A stretch of 63,147 nucleotides of DNA, filler included, from Octopus bimaculoides (taxonomy: Eukaryota): NCBI RefSeq assembly GCF_001194135.2. It is 5 parts of 4 records of this genome, joined end to end, with 100 filler letters (N's around TTAATTAATTAA, not from the genome) between each part and the next. Parts side by side here need not be neighbours in the genome. Positions count along the whole stretch, not along the records: positions 36,636 to 59,292 come from NC_068998.1; positions 59,393 to 63,147 come from NC_068994.1; 3 more parts are not named here. The stretch is one strand, 5' to 3'. The notes under the pieces were generated by a model, which had not been told where the DNA came from, searched no databases, and was given only the letters and a program-made list of their open reading frames with translations. Made by a program: the position numbers and the translations under genes. Shown here one piece after another: positions 51,792 through 62,992 of the stretch (its first letter is position 1; every line of letters starts with the position of its first letter).

Positions 51792-52429
51792 ATAAATATA
51801 TAATATTTATATCATATATTCCTTCTTCTATAGCCTCGGGCCAACCAAAGCCTTGTGAGTGGATTTGGTAGATGGAATTAGGGAGCTCTTTATACACGAG
51901 GGTTTCTTATACATGTTAAAATACGGTATTAACTGTCATATATATTTTATGTAAGCAAATACAATTTTAGTTTCCCAAATTATATACATTGTTGTGGATG
52001 TCACGTTTGGTGGAAGTTATTAGTAAGTAAATTGACCTCAACTGAGAAAAAAAAAAAACTCAGCTACATTTACTTAGAGCTGCTGTTTACTGCAACCAAA
52101 CAGTCTACAGATATTAACAGACTGCAGATTTCAAGAAAAGGTATTGGTGACCATATGTTATTTTTGTGATGTCATCAGTCCTGCACATGAAGAAGATAGC
52201 ATCTGTACTATTACACCAAATTCTTTTGGTGTGTTGTCGCAGAAAATCTGGATGACTAACGTAGGCGTACTAAACTAACATGGGAGAGTTTATATAGTTA
52301 CTCAACACTCTAAAACCAGGACATAACTCTATCAGATCACATCAAAAGTCTGTGGTTCCCCAATTTTGTTTTATGTCTTCAAATTGTTTTATGTCTTCAA
52401 TTTTGTTTTATGTCTTCAAATATAGAAGA

Positions 52430-53975
52430 ACAAAATTTTGAGAAATTTATGACTATAAACGAAAAATATTTATTAGCATCATACAAAGTTTCATATTCTA
52501 ATTGCTAAAAATAAACAGACATACACCAATGGGAAAGAACTTTTATTACCTTCTGCTATGAAGATGGTAGAAACACTTCATGGAAGTAAATATGGTGATG
52601 AAATTCAGAAAATTCCTTTGTCGAACGACACTGTCACCAATGGAATTACTGAGATTAGCAACAACCAATTTGAACAACTTATTACTATACTTAAAGAAAG
52701 CCCAAAATTTGCAATTCAGTTGGACGAGACAATTGATATTTCAGAAATGGCTCAATTGTTAGTATACATCAGATACATTTGTAAAGAAAACACCAATGAA
52801 GAATTGTTATTTTGTCATCCTTTGGAAGAACATATAAGAGGGAAAAACATAAATAATAAAGTTGATGAATTTTTTTAAAACTGTAGGTTTGGAATAGATA
52901 AATTGTATTGGAGTATGCTCAAATGGTGCAAAAGTGATGACGGGAGGGAGAAAATATCAGTTTTAAATGGTTTGTTAAAGCTGCTGGTAATTATCATGTA
53001 ACTTTTATACACTGCATGATCCACGGAGAGGTTCTTGCAGCAGAAAAATTAGCACCAGAATTAAATGGTGTGTTTCAGGATGTTATGAAAATTGTAAACT
53101 CTATCAAAAGCCGTGCCCTTAACAGCTGTTTATTTTCAAATCTCTGTGAAAACGTGGACTCAGAATACAAAAACTTATTGTTAGACACAGAAGTATGGCA
53201 ACTGTCAAGAGGGTGAAGTTTAAACAGATTATTCTTTGTTAAAAGACGAAATTGTTATATTTTTAACTGCACAAAAATCTGATCTTGCTGCTCATTTTCA
53301 AAATGACTTATGGCTTTCAAATTTATGTTATTTGTCAGATATTTTTGAGAAACTAAAGGATCTCAGCTTGTCTCTTCAAGGAAAGAAAAGCGATATATTT
53401 ACTTTGAAAGATAAAATTGAGGGCTTTATTAAAAAGATCAACATTTGGCAGAATAGGGTGGAAAATGATTCATTTGAAAGGTTTCCAGTTATTGACAGTT
53501 TTATAATTGAAAAGAATAATTGTAAAAATTTAATTGCCACAATTATTATAGACCACTTAAAAACCCTAGAAACACAGTTTCGCAAATACTTCATAGCGAA
53601 TTTTAATTTCCAAAAGTAATCTTGGATTCAGAAACCATTTTCAATTGACATTGACTATATTCATCATCTGCCATAGTCCAAGAGGAATTCGCTGAGCTAT
53701 CTAATGACTCAAACTTGAGACTTGAATTTACAAAAACATCTATGTCTGAATTCTGGATTGCAGCTAAAGCTGAATTTCCCTCAATTTCTGAAATGGCATT
53801 ACATGTTCTTTTGTCACTTAGCACCACATACTTATGTGAAACAGCTTTTTCAGCTTTAACACTTATCAAAACCAAATATCATTTGACGCTAAAAAATGTA
53901 GAAGATGCTTTACGTCCAGCAGTGCCAAATATTACACCAAGAATTTATTTCAATAAATCTCTTCAAATATTCATG
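52430..53975 (+). mobile_element. Buster/Charlie-type hAT transposase pseudogene (ZBED5/SCAND3-like family), nearly full length
   Basis: IPLSNDTV, FAIQLDETIDISEMAQLLVYIRY, HCMIHGEVLA, LLLDTEVWQLSRG, LCYLSDIFEKL and C-terminal FSTTYLCETAFSAL-like dimerisation motif; broken by several stops and frameshifts. Confidence 0.93.
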
Positions 53976-54079
53976 TCCTAATGGTCTGCTTGTAAAATAA
54001 TTAACCATTTTGTTTAATATCTTCTTTAACTCAACTTGTGATGTTTCTAAAACAAATATCTCCTTTTGTAAAGACAGTG

Positions 54080-54690
54080 GCTATATCCAAGATTTGGATT
54101 TTGCTTTTCTTATATTGGAATAAAAACCTTTAATAGAGCCTACTGTACATAGTGCCCTGTAAGTATACTGGATATTCCAACATATGATAAATTCTATTTT
54201 TTGAGGTAGACATTTAAAATATCAAAAATGTCAAAAGATACCTCTTGTAATAATGGACATTTCCTTGCAATGTAAAAATTATTAATGATCTCATTATGAT
54301 TAATAAAACAATTAATTGTGCTTCATTACTAATATCAATATATTCATCAGCTTGTAATACAAATATTGTGTTCCTCAGTTAATTTCATACATTTTTCACG
54401 ATGTCCTTTAGAATCAAAATTCTCCTGTAAATTGAATAATCTGAGAGTGAAATTTTGCTCTTAGTCATCTTAGTCTATCTTTCTACAAGTAGGCAGGGTA
54501 ATTAGCTCAGGTAGAGGATGTAATTTCATTCACGAAGCAATCATTTCAGTTCTCTTAATTAAAGTAACTTGTGCCTTTTCAAAAGCTTAATATTTTCTGC
54601 AAAAAAACATTTACTTGGATTTTTGCTCAAAGAGTCTTTTGAAATAACTCAGATCTCTATCGTGAAGATATGAATACTTAATAACAAATT
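54080..54690 (-). mobile_element. Second, older Buster/Charlie hAT transposase fragment, convergent with the first
   Basis: Minus strand HDRDLSYFKR, ELITLPTC and LQADEYIDISNEAQLI (catalytic first-Asp region). Not in the ORF track. Confidence 0.7.
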
Positions 54691-55628
54691 GCCACTTCAA
54701 CCCGTCTGAGATTGTTCCCGGTTCTAAGATACAAACTTCCTGTTTTAAAGCAGTTTAACCCTTTGGCGTTTAAATAATATAGCTGGGGAGGTAGGAGGCA
54801 TGTAGAAGCCCTCCCACCAAGCAGTGCTTTTATGAGGGTGGCACTTTTGGGTTCACTGTTTAAGCCTGAATAGGCTTTGGGGAGACAACAAAATCAAGGG
54901 CTACACTAGATAGCTTACACTCAAGCTGTCAAAGGCTCTATATTTGCCCAAATTTCTTCGGAAGGATTCATGATGGGCAACATATCAACTATTTTCTTAT
55001 GATTGATCAAAAGTTCATTAATTTAAGGATCTCAGTTTCGTTAGAGATCTGCAACAAGAGTCTATGTCCCTTGTTCTGAAGCTGTCTCTGAAGCATATTT
55101 GATCCTCGACACTCTGAGTCACACATTAACATTTACAATTTCACGTTTGGTGTCTTTGTTAAAGAAGCGGCAGTGGTTTCTTTTGCAGTCAGAGTAATTC
55201 GCTGTCTGTATGCATGCATGTGTGTGTATACATGGACTCTATTGTCATAGATGAAGGGTCTGCAAATTCTTATTGACCAACCTAAACAGATGATTTATTT
55301 ATAGTGATCTAATGTATGTACTGTACATTGGCACCTTCCCTCCACCAAAGCAATATTTCCCCCAACAGGTACTCAGTGCGCTACATGTCGGCTATCAAAA
55401 TTATCACAGAACAACATGAAATGAAGTGTTTTGTTCTAAAACACAACACTTTGCTTCAAGTCTGCAGTTTCAAGGATGGTTTTAAAGTGTGCTGCACTCA
55501 TGCCGCCATCATGAGTGCTCAATTCTAACCACATGGCCACTTGCTTCACATATGGGTGAAGGTGTCAAACGTGCACTTCACCCTTTTTGATTTTTCTTTG
55601 GAATACTCAACACCTCTGCTTATATATA

Positions 55629-55916
55629 TCATTATCATCATCATCATCGTTTAACGTCCGCCTTCCATGCTGGCAGTGGTTGGACGATTTGACTGAGGAC
55701 TGGTGAAACCGGATGGCAACACCAGGCTCCAATCTGATTTGGCAGAGTTTCTACAGCTGGACGCCCTTCCTAACGCCAACCACTCCGAGAGTGTAGTGGG
55801 TGCTTTTACGTGCCACCGGCACGAAGGCCAGTCAGGCGGTACTGGCAACGGCCATGCTCAAAATGGTGTATTTTATGTGCCACCTGCACAGGAGCCAGTC
55901 CAGTGCCACTGGCAAC
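55629..55916. mobile_element. Interspersed repeat family D, best-preserved copy
   Basis: (cat)n cgtttaacgtccgccttccatgctgg...ggacgcccttcctaacgccaacc. Confidence 0.7.
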
Positions 55917-56972
55917 ATATATATATATATATATGTGTATATATATATATATATATATNNNNNNNNNNNNNNNNNNNNNNNNNNNNNNNNNNNNNNNNNN
56001 NNNNNNNNNNNNNNNNNNNNNNNNNNNNNNNNNNNNNNNNNNNNNNNNNNNNNNNNNNNNNNNNNNNNNNNNNNNNNNNNNNNNNNNNNNNNNNNNNNNN
56101 NNNNNNNNNNNNNNNNNNNNNNNNNNNNNNNNNNNNNNNNNNNNNNNNNNNNNNNNNNNNNNNNNNNNNNNNNNNNNNNNNNNNNNNNNNNNNNNNNNNN
56201 NNNNNNNNNNNNNNNNNNNNNNNNNNNNNNNNNNNNNNNNNNNNNNNNNNNNNNNNNNNNNNNNNNNNNNNNNNNNNNNNNNNNNNNNNNNNNNNNNNNN
56301 NNNNNNNNNNNNNNNNNNNNNNNNNNNNNNNNNNNNNNNNNNNNNNNNNNNNNNNNNNNNNNNNNNNNNNNNNNNNNNNNNNNNNNNNNNNNNNNNNNNN
56401 NNNNNNNNNNNNNNNNNNNNNNNNNNNNNNNNNNNNNNNNNNNNNNNNNNNNNNNNNNNNNNNNNNNNNNNNNNNNNNNNNNNNNNNNNNNNNNNNNNNN
56501 NNNNNNNNNNNNNNNNNNNNNNNNNNNNNNNNNNNNNNNNNNNNNNNNNNNNNNNNNNNNNNNNNNNNNNNNNNNNNNNNNNNNNNNNNNNNNNNNNNNN
56601 NNNNNNNNNNNNNNNNNNNNNNNNNNNNNNNNNNNNNNNNNNNNNNNNNNNNNNNNNNNNNNNNNNNNNNNNNNNNNNNNNNNNNNNNNNNNNNNNNNNN
56701 NNNNNNNNNNNNNNNNNNNNNNNNNNNNNNNNNNNNNNNNNNNNNNNNNNNNNNNNNNNNNNNNNNNNNNNNNNNNNNNNNNNNNNNNNNNNNNNNNNNN
56801 NNNNNNNNNNNNNNNNNNNNNNNNNNNNNNNNNNNNNNNNNNNNNNNNNNNNNNNNNNNNNNNNNNNNNNNNNNNNNNNNNNNNNNNNNNNNNNNNNNNN
56901 NNNNNNNNNNNNNNNNNNNGTGAATGGATTTGTTAGACGGAAACTGAAAAGCACCTGTCATATATATATATA

Positions 56973-57012
<40 letters not shown>

Positions 57013-57918
57013 TATGTATATATTTGTGTGTCTGTCTGTCTGTCTGTTTGTTCCCCCCACCATTGCTTGACAACCGATGTTGGTGTGTTTACGTCCCCGT
57101 AACTTTTGCCCTGTTCAGCAAAAGAGACCAATAGAATAAGTATTAGGCTTACAAAGAATAAGTCCCGGGGTCAATTTGTTTGACTAAAGGCGGTGCTCCA
57201 GCATGGCCGCAGTCAAATGACTGAAACAAGTAAAAGAATAAAAGAATATATACATATACATGTCTATATGTGTGTGTGTGTGTGTGTGTGTATCCACACA
57301 CGCTCATGTACATAATAATGTGCCAAAGTGAAGGTGTACTTGTATGTGTGTTTGGGTTGTGTGTATTTGGAGAGAGAGAGAGAGAGGCAGAGAGACATGC
57401 AAAACCAGCAAACTATTTTGTTGACAAAGGAAATGACATCACAACTTGTAGCTCAGTAATTTTCAGAAAGTATGAATGTAAACACACGCACGCCCGCACA
57501 CACACATACACACATTCCTACAAAAATGTGCCCTCTCCGACTTTGTTTCTTCATAAAAATGGGCATTTTTAAAAAGAGGGAGTGCATTAGGATTATATCA
57601 GTTTGATATGGAGGAAAAAAAAATTGGTGGGCGCACACACGCATATCGACACACACACCACAGATATAACTACAAAATGAAACGAAGTTTTGAAAAAAAA
57701 TTATGTAATGTCTATCAATATGTATGTGTCTATCAATTTTCTATAGATTTTCCTTCTTTTTTTTTTCTTTTTTTTCTCATATCAAATTCAGATACGATCG
57801 TAATCTACAGTATCTGAAAGGTACTTGTAGAAAAATTTCATTTTCCTAAAAGTTATGAGGAAATAAAGTTAAGGGGTGGGAACTTGTGGCGGTAGGTGGG
57901 TGCGAGTGCTCGTGTATG

Positions 57919-57970
<52 letters not shown>

Positions 57971-58322
57971 TGTGTGTCTATGTGTGTGCGTGCATGTGTG
58001 CATATATATATGTGATGTGTGTATGTGTATACATACATGCGCAGGAGTGGCTGTGTGGTAAGTAGCTTGCTTTCCAACCAGATAGTTTCCTAAAAGTTAT
58101 GAGGAGACAAAATTCCGGGTTCTGTCCCACTGCGTGGCACTTTGGGTAAGTGTCTTCCACTATAGCCTCGGACCGACCAAAGCCTTGTGAATGTATTTGG
58201 TAGGTGGATATGTGTATTTGTGTCTGTGTTTGCCCCCCCCCCGTCGCTTGGCAACCGATGTTGGTGTGTTTTCGTTCCCGTAAAGAGACAGATAGAATAA
58301 GTACTAGGCTTACAAAGAATAA

Positions 58323-58440
58323 CATTCTTTACATTATTTACATTTGACGGATATTTGTCCTCATCTTGTTTGTTGTTAACACACTGTTTCGACTGATATA
58401 CCATCCAACCTTCATCAGGTGTCTTGGGGAAATTTCGAAC
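58323..58440 (-). mobile_element. Inverted partial copy of the tRNA-hammerhead repeat (5' inverted segment)
   Basis: Reverse complement of the region about 58570-58675; contains gacac-ctgatgaa-ggttg..cagtc-gaaa. Confidence 0.85.
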
Positions 58441-58711
58441 CACGGGCATATGGCGTAGTGGTTAAGAGCGCGGGCTACTAACCCCAAGATTCCAAGTTCG
58501 ATTCCAAGCAGTGACCTCAACAACAACAATAATAATATCGAAAGATACCTTAGGAATGAGAACCCAGACTCGAAATTTCCCCAAAACACCTGATGGAGGC
58601 TGGAGGGTATATCAGCCGAAACGTTGTGTTAACAACAAACAAGATCAGGACAAATATCCGTCTAATGTAAAGAATGTACATAATTCCTCGTCTCTTAAAT
58701 ATAGAACTGTA
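58441..58711 (+). mobile_element. tRNA-derived head + (AAC/AAT) spacer + minimal hammerhead ribozyme motif + AT-rich tail (SINE-like, PLE-associated)
   Basis: A box tggcgtagtgg at 58451-58461, B box gttcgattcc at 58496-58505, hammerhead fold at 58585-58630. 13-bp TSD ttacaaagaataa at 58310-58322 and 58712-58724. Confidence 0.85.
58585..58630 (+). ncRNA. Minimal type I hammerhead ribozyme motif (Penelope-type)
   Basis: Stem I aacac/gtgtt; core CUGAUG(G)A, which is CUGAUGAA in the sister copy; stem II ggctg/cagcc; then GAAA and palindromic ACGU stem III. Predicted cleavage after GUU at 58625. Activity untested. Confidence 0.72.
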
Positions 58712-59292
58712 TTACAAAGAATAAGTTATGGGGTCGATTTGTTTGACAAAAGGCGGTGCTCCAACATAGCTGCAGTCAGATGACTGAAGCAGGTAAAAAA
58801 ATAAAAGAAATAATATATATATATTCATAGTAAAATAAGGATTCAAATAGAATCAGGTACTTGAAAAGATATGCATTAGGTAGAGTTGGATAAACCTGTG
58901 GTTGTGCACAGGGAAAACCAACCCTATAAGTATTTAGCGGCTTGGGTCTGGTTCAGATCACGCGTTACGTTGAATAGTTAGTACATTATTGGTATACTCT
59001 ACGATAATTGGCCATTGTATGTTATTATTCATTTGTTTACATATATAGATATACATATGTGATTCAAATGATTACGTAGGTATACAGGCGGAGATAAAGA
59101 TAATGGCCCTCACCCCCCTTTGGGATTTTAAAAAAATTTCTTTTTTTACAGGAACACACTATAGCGAGAGCGGAGATTCCGAATCTGCAAAAAGGATCTG
59201 CATTTCAAAATTTAAACCCCACCACCACCACCACCATTTCTTAAATTCTCACATTTTAAAAATAATTTTTGGGGGCAAAATCCGTAGAAAAA

Positions 59293-59392
59293 NNNNNNNN
59301 NNNNNNNNNNNNNNNNNNNNNNNNNNNNNNNNNNNNTTAATTAATTAANNNNNNNNNNNNNNNNNNNNNNNNNNNNNNNNNNNNNNNNNNNN
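59293..59392. other. Synthetic scaffold join
   Basis: 44N-TTAATTAATTAA-44N. Confidence 0.95.
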
Positions 59393-59437
59393 ATATGCAT
59401 ACACATATGTACATACGTTTATAACCATGTGTGTGCG

Positions 59438-59473
<36 letters not shown>

Positions 59474-59512
59474 TAGAGAGATAGATATAGAGAGACATAC
59501 AGACAGACAGAC

Positions 59513-59563
<51 letters not shown>

Positions 59564-59928
59564 GTCTATATGATTATGCATGCATATGTATGTGTGTGTG
59601 CGCGCGTAATATATATGCATATTTGCGGATGTATATTTGTATTGGTTTATTATTATTTTTTTTACTGCATTCATTCAATGGACAACAACTGGGCTGGAGT
59701 GCATCGGCTTCGAAGTTCTAAATCGCTTATATCATCGACCTCCACCTACTTTATTTCTTGCTGCTTTACAATCGATATATTTTATTGATTTAGGTTTATT
59801 ACATAATGTTATGATCTTTGACACAACTACGATTTTACACTGGTAAATATATAAACACCAGCATACCACACGAATACACACACACTCACACTGATATACA
59901 TACATCTATAGAGATAGATAACTATATA

Positions 59929-60195
59929 AGGAGTGGCTGTGTGATAAGTAGCTTGCTTACCATCCACATGGTTCCGGGTTCAGTCCCACTGCGTGGCACC
60001 TAGGGCAAGTGTCTTCTACTATAGCCTCGGGCCGACCAAAGCCTTGTGAGTGGATTTGGTAGACGGAAACTGAAAGAAGCCCGTCGTATATATGTATATG
60101 TATATATATATGTGTGTTTGTGTGTCTGTGTTTGTCCCCCCAACATTGCTTGATAACCGATGATGGTGTGTTTACGTCCCCGTAACTTAGTGGTT
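59929..60195 (+). mobile_element. SINE family A, young copy lacking its 3' end (abuts mariner fragment)
   Basis: Near-consensus head ggagtggctgtgtgataagtagcttgc..gggttcagtcccactgcgtggcacc. Confidence 0.88.
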
Positions 60196-60435
60196 CACAT
60201 ATTTCTTTCATCGATGTTGCAGCGCTTGTATCCCATTGGTGAAAAAGTTTTCATCCTGTTGGTTAAAAATTTCTTCAGTAGCAGATATAACATCGTCATC
60301 ACTGCTATACTGGTTTCCAGCCAAGTCCTTTGTATCTTTATATGTTTGGGGAACAGACGATAATTAGCTGGGGCAAAAATCAAGAGAATAGGGAGGGTGA
60401 GCAACCAGTTCAAAGTCATAGCAGCCATCGAAACG
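60196..60435 (-). mobile_element. mariner transposase C-terminal fragment
   Basis: FELVAHPPYSLD.APANYRLFP..LAGNQYSSDDDVISATEEIFNQQDENFFTNGIQALQHR, read in a different frame from the ORF listed in the track. Confidence 0.85.
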
Positions 60436-61082
60436 AAGAACTCTATCCGAAAGGTATTTGTGGAAAATTTCATTGGAAACTACACGTTATTCTGAAAGTT
60501 ACGAGGAAACAAAATGGAGACGTGTGAATTATCTAAAAGTCGTCTGCTCTCCTCCGATTTCCGATATAATCATAATGTACACCATCTGAAAGGCATTTGC
60601 AGAAAATTTCATAAAAATAAATATATATTTTTCAGAAAGTTTTGAGGAAACAACATCGAGAGAGGGAACAGGTCTGTGGTTATACCCTAAATGCATTTAT
60701 TGAGAGAGTGAATGTTGTTAGACGATATAAAGGATACAAAGGAAAAATAAGATGTAAAATATGAAAAGATTCTACAAATTGGGAATCAAATGGGGAAATA
60801 TTATTTAGCAACTAGCAGTGAAATATCGACCTTTTTGTATGTATGTATGTATGTATGTATGTATGTATGTATGTATGTATGTATGTACGCATGTATGTAT
60901 ATAGATACACACACACACATACACACACACACACAAAACATCGTTAAGAGGTTAGAGGATAACGACTCGGTATCAACTCTACCTGTCTCTCTCTCTCTCC
61001 CTCTATTTCTCTAAATGTGCATGTGTTTCTCTGTGTATGCGTGTGCATATATATGCCCATATGAATGTATATATATTTTAAA

Positions 61083-61144
<62 letters not shown>

Positions 61145-61714
61145 TATATATATATATATCTATACGTAGACACGCGCACGCGCACACACACACACATATG
61201 AATATGTGTTAGTGGGTGTGTGTGGCTGCGCGTATTGTAGGGTGAAATTACAAAGGACAGACGAAAAAAGTACGACAAACAATAAAACACGATAAGGTTT
61301 TGATTAAAATTTGACTTAAAAATTACAGAAAATCACGTCAATTTTGAAATTTCAAACGATGCAACAGCCATACTTATATTCACATCATGAACATAGAAAA
61401 GTTAGAAAGTGCAATTAACGAGGTGGGGGGAAAAAAACAAAAAAAAAAGACATTATTTCATCTCCTTCAACCCTTGCATTTTAAGTTTTGAAAATTGTAA
61501 TGTGAGAAATGGTTTTTTTGTTTCCCTTTTTCTTTTTTTCTTTCTCAAATTATTTATTCCAGTCATAAAAAAAAAAATGTTAGAAAATGGTTTTCTGAAG
61601 ACCTCATTCAAAGATCTTACCATCGACGTTTTATCACTTTCTGCAATCATTTTATTCTTCACACATTCATAGAGAAATTCTTGTAACATGCCAAAGATGC
61701 TCAAACGCTCCCTC

Positions 61715-62520
61715 TCCCTTTTTGTACCCTTTCTCTTCTTCTTACCCTTCTCTTTCTCTCTCTCTATCTATCTCTCTTTCTGTTTCTCATCTCTCTCCTC
61801 TTTCTTTTCCTGTCTTCTCTCTGTCTCTTTCTCTTTCTTTTCCTGTCTTCTCTATTCTTTGTTTCTCTCTGTCTATTCTCTCTTTTTTCCGTTTCTCCTC
61901 TCTCTCATTCCATCTCTTCCTTCTCCTTCTCCATCTTTCTATTTCTTCTCTCTCCCTCTTTCCGTCTCCTCTCTCTCTCTCTTCCTCTTCTTTTCATTTC
62001 TTCTCTCTCTCCCCCTCACTTTTTCCATCTCCTCTCTCTCTATTTCCTTTTCTTTTCTCTTCTCTTTCTCTTTCTCTCTCTTTCCGTTTCTTCTCTCTCT
62101 CTCTTCCTGTCTCTTTTCTCTCTTTCTGTTTCCCCTCTCTCTTTTTCTTCTCCCTCTTTCTCTCCCTCTTTCCATTTTTCTCTCTCACTCATTCCCTCTC
62201 TCTCTCTCTCTCTCTCGCTCTCTCTTTCCGTCTCCTCTCTTTTTTCCGTCTCTTTTCTCTCTCTCTCTTCCTGTCTCTTTTCTCTCTTTCTGTTTCCTCT
62301 CTCTCTTTCTCTTCTCCCTCTCTCCCTCTCTCTATCCGTTTTTTCTCTCTTCCTCTTTCCATCTCTTCTTTCTCTCTCTTTCTCTTTCCGTCTCTTTTCT
62401 CTCTCTCTCTCTCTCTCTCTGTCTTTCCGTCTCTTCTCTCTCTCTTCCTGTCTCTTTTCTCTCTTTCTTTTTCCTCTCTCGCTTTCTCTTCTACTCTTTC
62501 TCTCTTTCTCTCTCTTAGTC
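61715..62520. repeat. ~800-bp polypyrimidine/polypurine (TC/GA) low-complexity tract
   Basis: Almost exclusively C/T on the plus strand, with the recurring unit ttccgtctcttttctctctc..cttcctgtctcttttctctctttc. Confidence 0.95.
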
Positions 62521-62682
62521 TCCATATTCCATTCAATTGTCTTCTTTTATGCTTATTTCAGTTTTTCATTATTTCATGATTTTTATATATTTTTGCTTTT
62601 TCCATCTTATTTTATTTTCTCCCAGATTTTTTCACTCACGTGCTGTATCATTATTATTGCTTTGTATTTTTCTTCTTTTACT

Positions 62683-62725
<43 letters not shown>

Positions 62726-62992
62726 TATATATTGTTACACATCTCTCCGAAATACTCCACAACAACAATAACAACAGCAACAACATCAACAACACCACCA
62801 CCAACAACAACAACAATAATAATCCTTTCTACTAGTGGCACAAAGCATGAAATTGGAGGGTTGATCAATGACGCCGACTCAAGTTTTCAACAAAGTATCG
62901 TCCACGAAAGGATGACAAGTGAAGTCGGTCTCAGCGGAATTTGAACTCTGAACGTAAAGCTGCAAGATATATATATATATATATATATCTTT

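Larger units (their letters stand above)
58041..58808 (+). mobile_element. SINE family A host copy carrying two internal insertions
   Basis: Family A head and tail are both present; interrupted at about 58086-58112 and at 58323-58711. Confidence 0.85.

Noticed and set aside
52558-53981. Domesticated ZBED/SCAND3-like gene
   Set aside because: Multiple stops and frameshifts not bounded by splice sites; consistent with neutral decay.
58444-58515. Functional tRNA gene (also 50845-50917 and 49160-49232)
   Set aside because: Acceptor and T stems do not pair properly and the sequences continue into repeat bodies: SINE-type heads.
61688-62579. 276-285 aa Ser/Leu/Phe-rich membrane-like ORFs and antisense Arg/Glu-rich ORFs
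   Set aside because: Translations of a TC/GA low-complexity tract.
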